This document shows positions 14,780-14,856 of a DNA stretch of 14,856 nt, piece by piece. The DNA comes from a virus (taxonomy: Duplodnaviria; Heunggongvirae; Uroviricota; Caudoviricetes), in the IMG/VR virus record IMGVR_UViG_2778261223_000017; one strand, written 5' to 3'. The position numbers and the translations under genes were made by a program. Every line of letters starts with the position of its first letter. Position 1 is the stretch's first letter. The notes below the pieces were generated by a model that saw nothing but the letters and a program-made list of their open reading frames with translations, made no database searches and was not told where the DNA came from.

Positions 14780-14856
14780 TGAACCGCCCCGGAAATCCTG
14801 GAGACTAAACTCCCTGAGAAAGAGGTAAACAGGATGACTAAAAATACTCGTTTTTC
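14780..14856 (+). mobile_element. Left end of an IS3-family insertion sequence (terminal inverted repeat TGAACCGCCCCGG...) including the start of the transposase orfA
   Basis: Terminal repeat is inverted relative to 41-77. An ATG at 14834 preceded by GAGG opens a frame reading MTKNTRF..., which matches the N-terminus of an IS3-family OrfA as I recall it. Truncated by the window end. Confidence 0.65.
14834..14856 (+). CDS. IS3-family transposase OrfA, N-terminal fragment (partial, runs off window)
   Basis: ATG with Shine-Dalgarno inside the IS left end; only 7 codons visible. Confidence 0.5.

Noticed and set aside
1-14856. Search for tRNA, rRNA and CRISPR arrays
   Set aside because: No cloverleaf-like candidates outside coding regions and no regularly spaced direct repeats with unique spacers were seen; the only repeats are inverted-repeat hairpins and the short iteron-like elements near parM.

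Overview
The window reads as a mosaic accessory region bracketed by the two ends of IS3-family insertion sequences (right end at 1-77, left end plus transposase start at 14780-14856). No tRNA, rRNA or CRISPR array was seen. Between the IS ends, in order: (i) a visibly AT-rich membrane/coiled-coil protein gene next to an HTH antitoxin-like gene; (ii) a higB-higA toxin-antitoxin pair; (iii) a four-gene translationally coupled operon whose last two genes look like a phage baseplate hub (gpD/gp27-like) and central spike (gpV/gp5-like), with no sheath, tube or wedge genes; (iv) an RdgC-like gene followed by two overlapping DNA methyltransferase genes (a short C5-cytosine-like one and a Dam-like one); (v) an enterobacterial glnS with its terminator; (vi) two plasmid partition systems side by side (parA plus small RHH partner, and parM-parR with upstream iterons); (vii) a PAAR-like gene coupled to an unknown 268-aa protein; (viii) an Rz/Rz1-like spanin pair. 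The best candidates for an undescribed system are the hub/spike operon with its two unknown upstream genes, the PAAR-coupled unknown protein, and the AT-rich membrane protein paired with the HTH gene. All family assignments are from reading the translations and recalling motifs; no database search was run.
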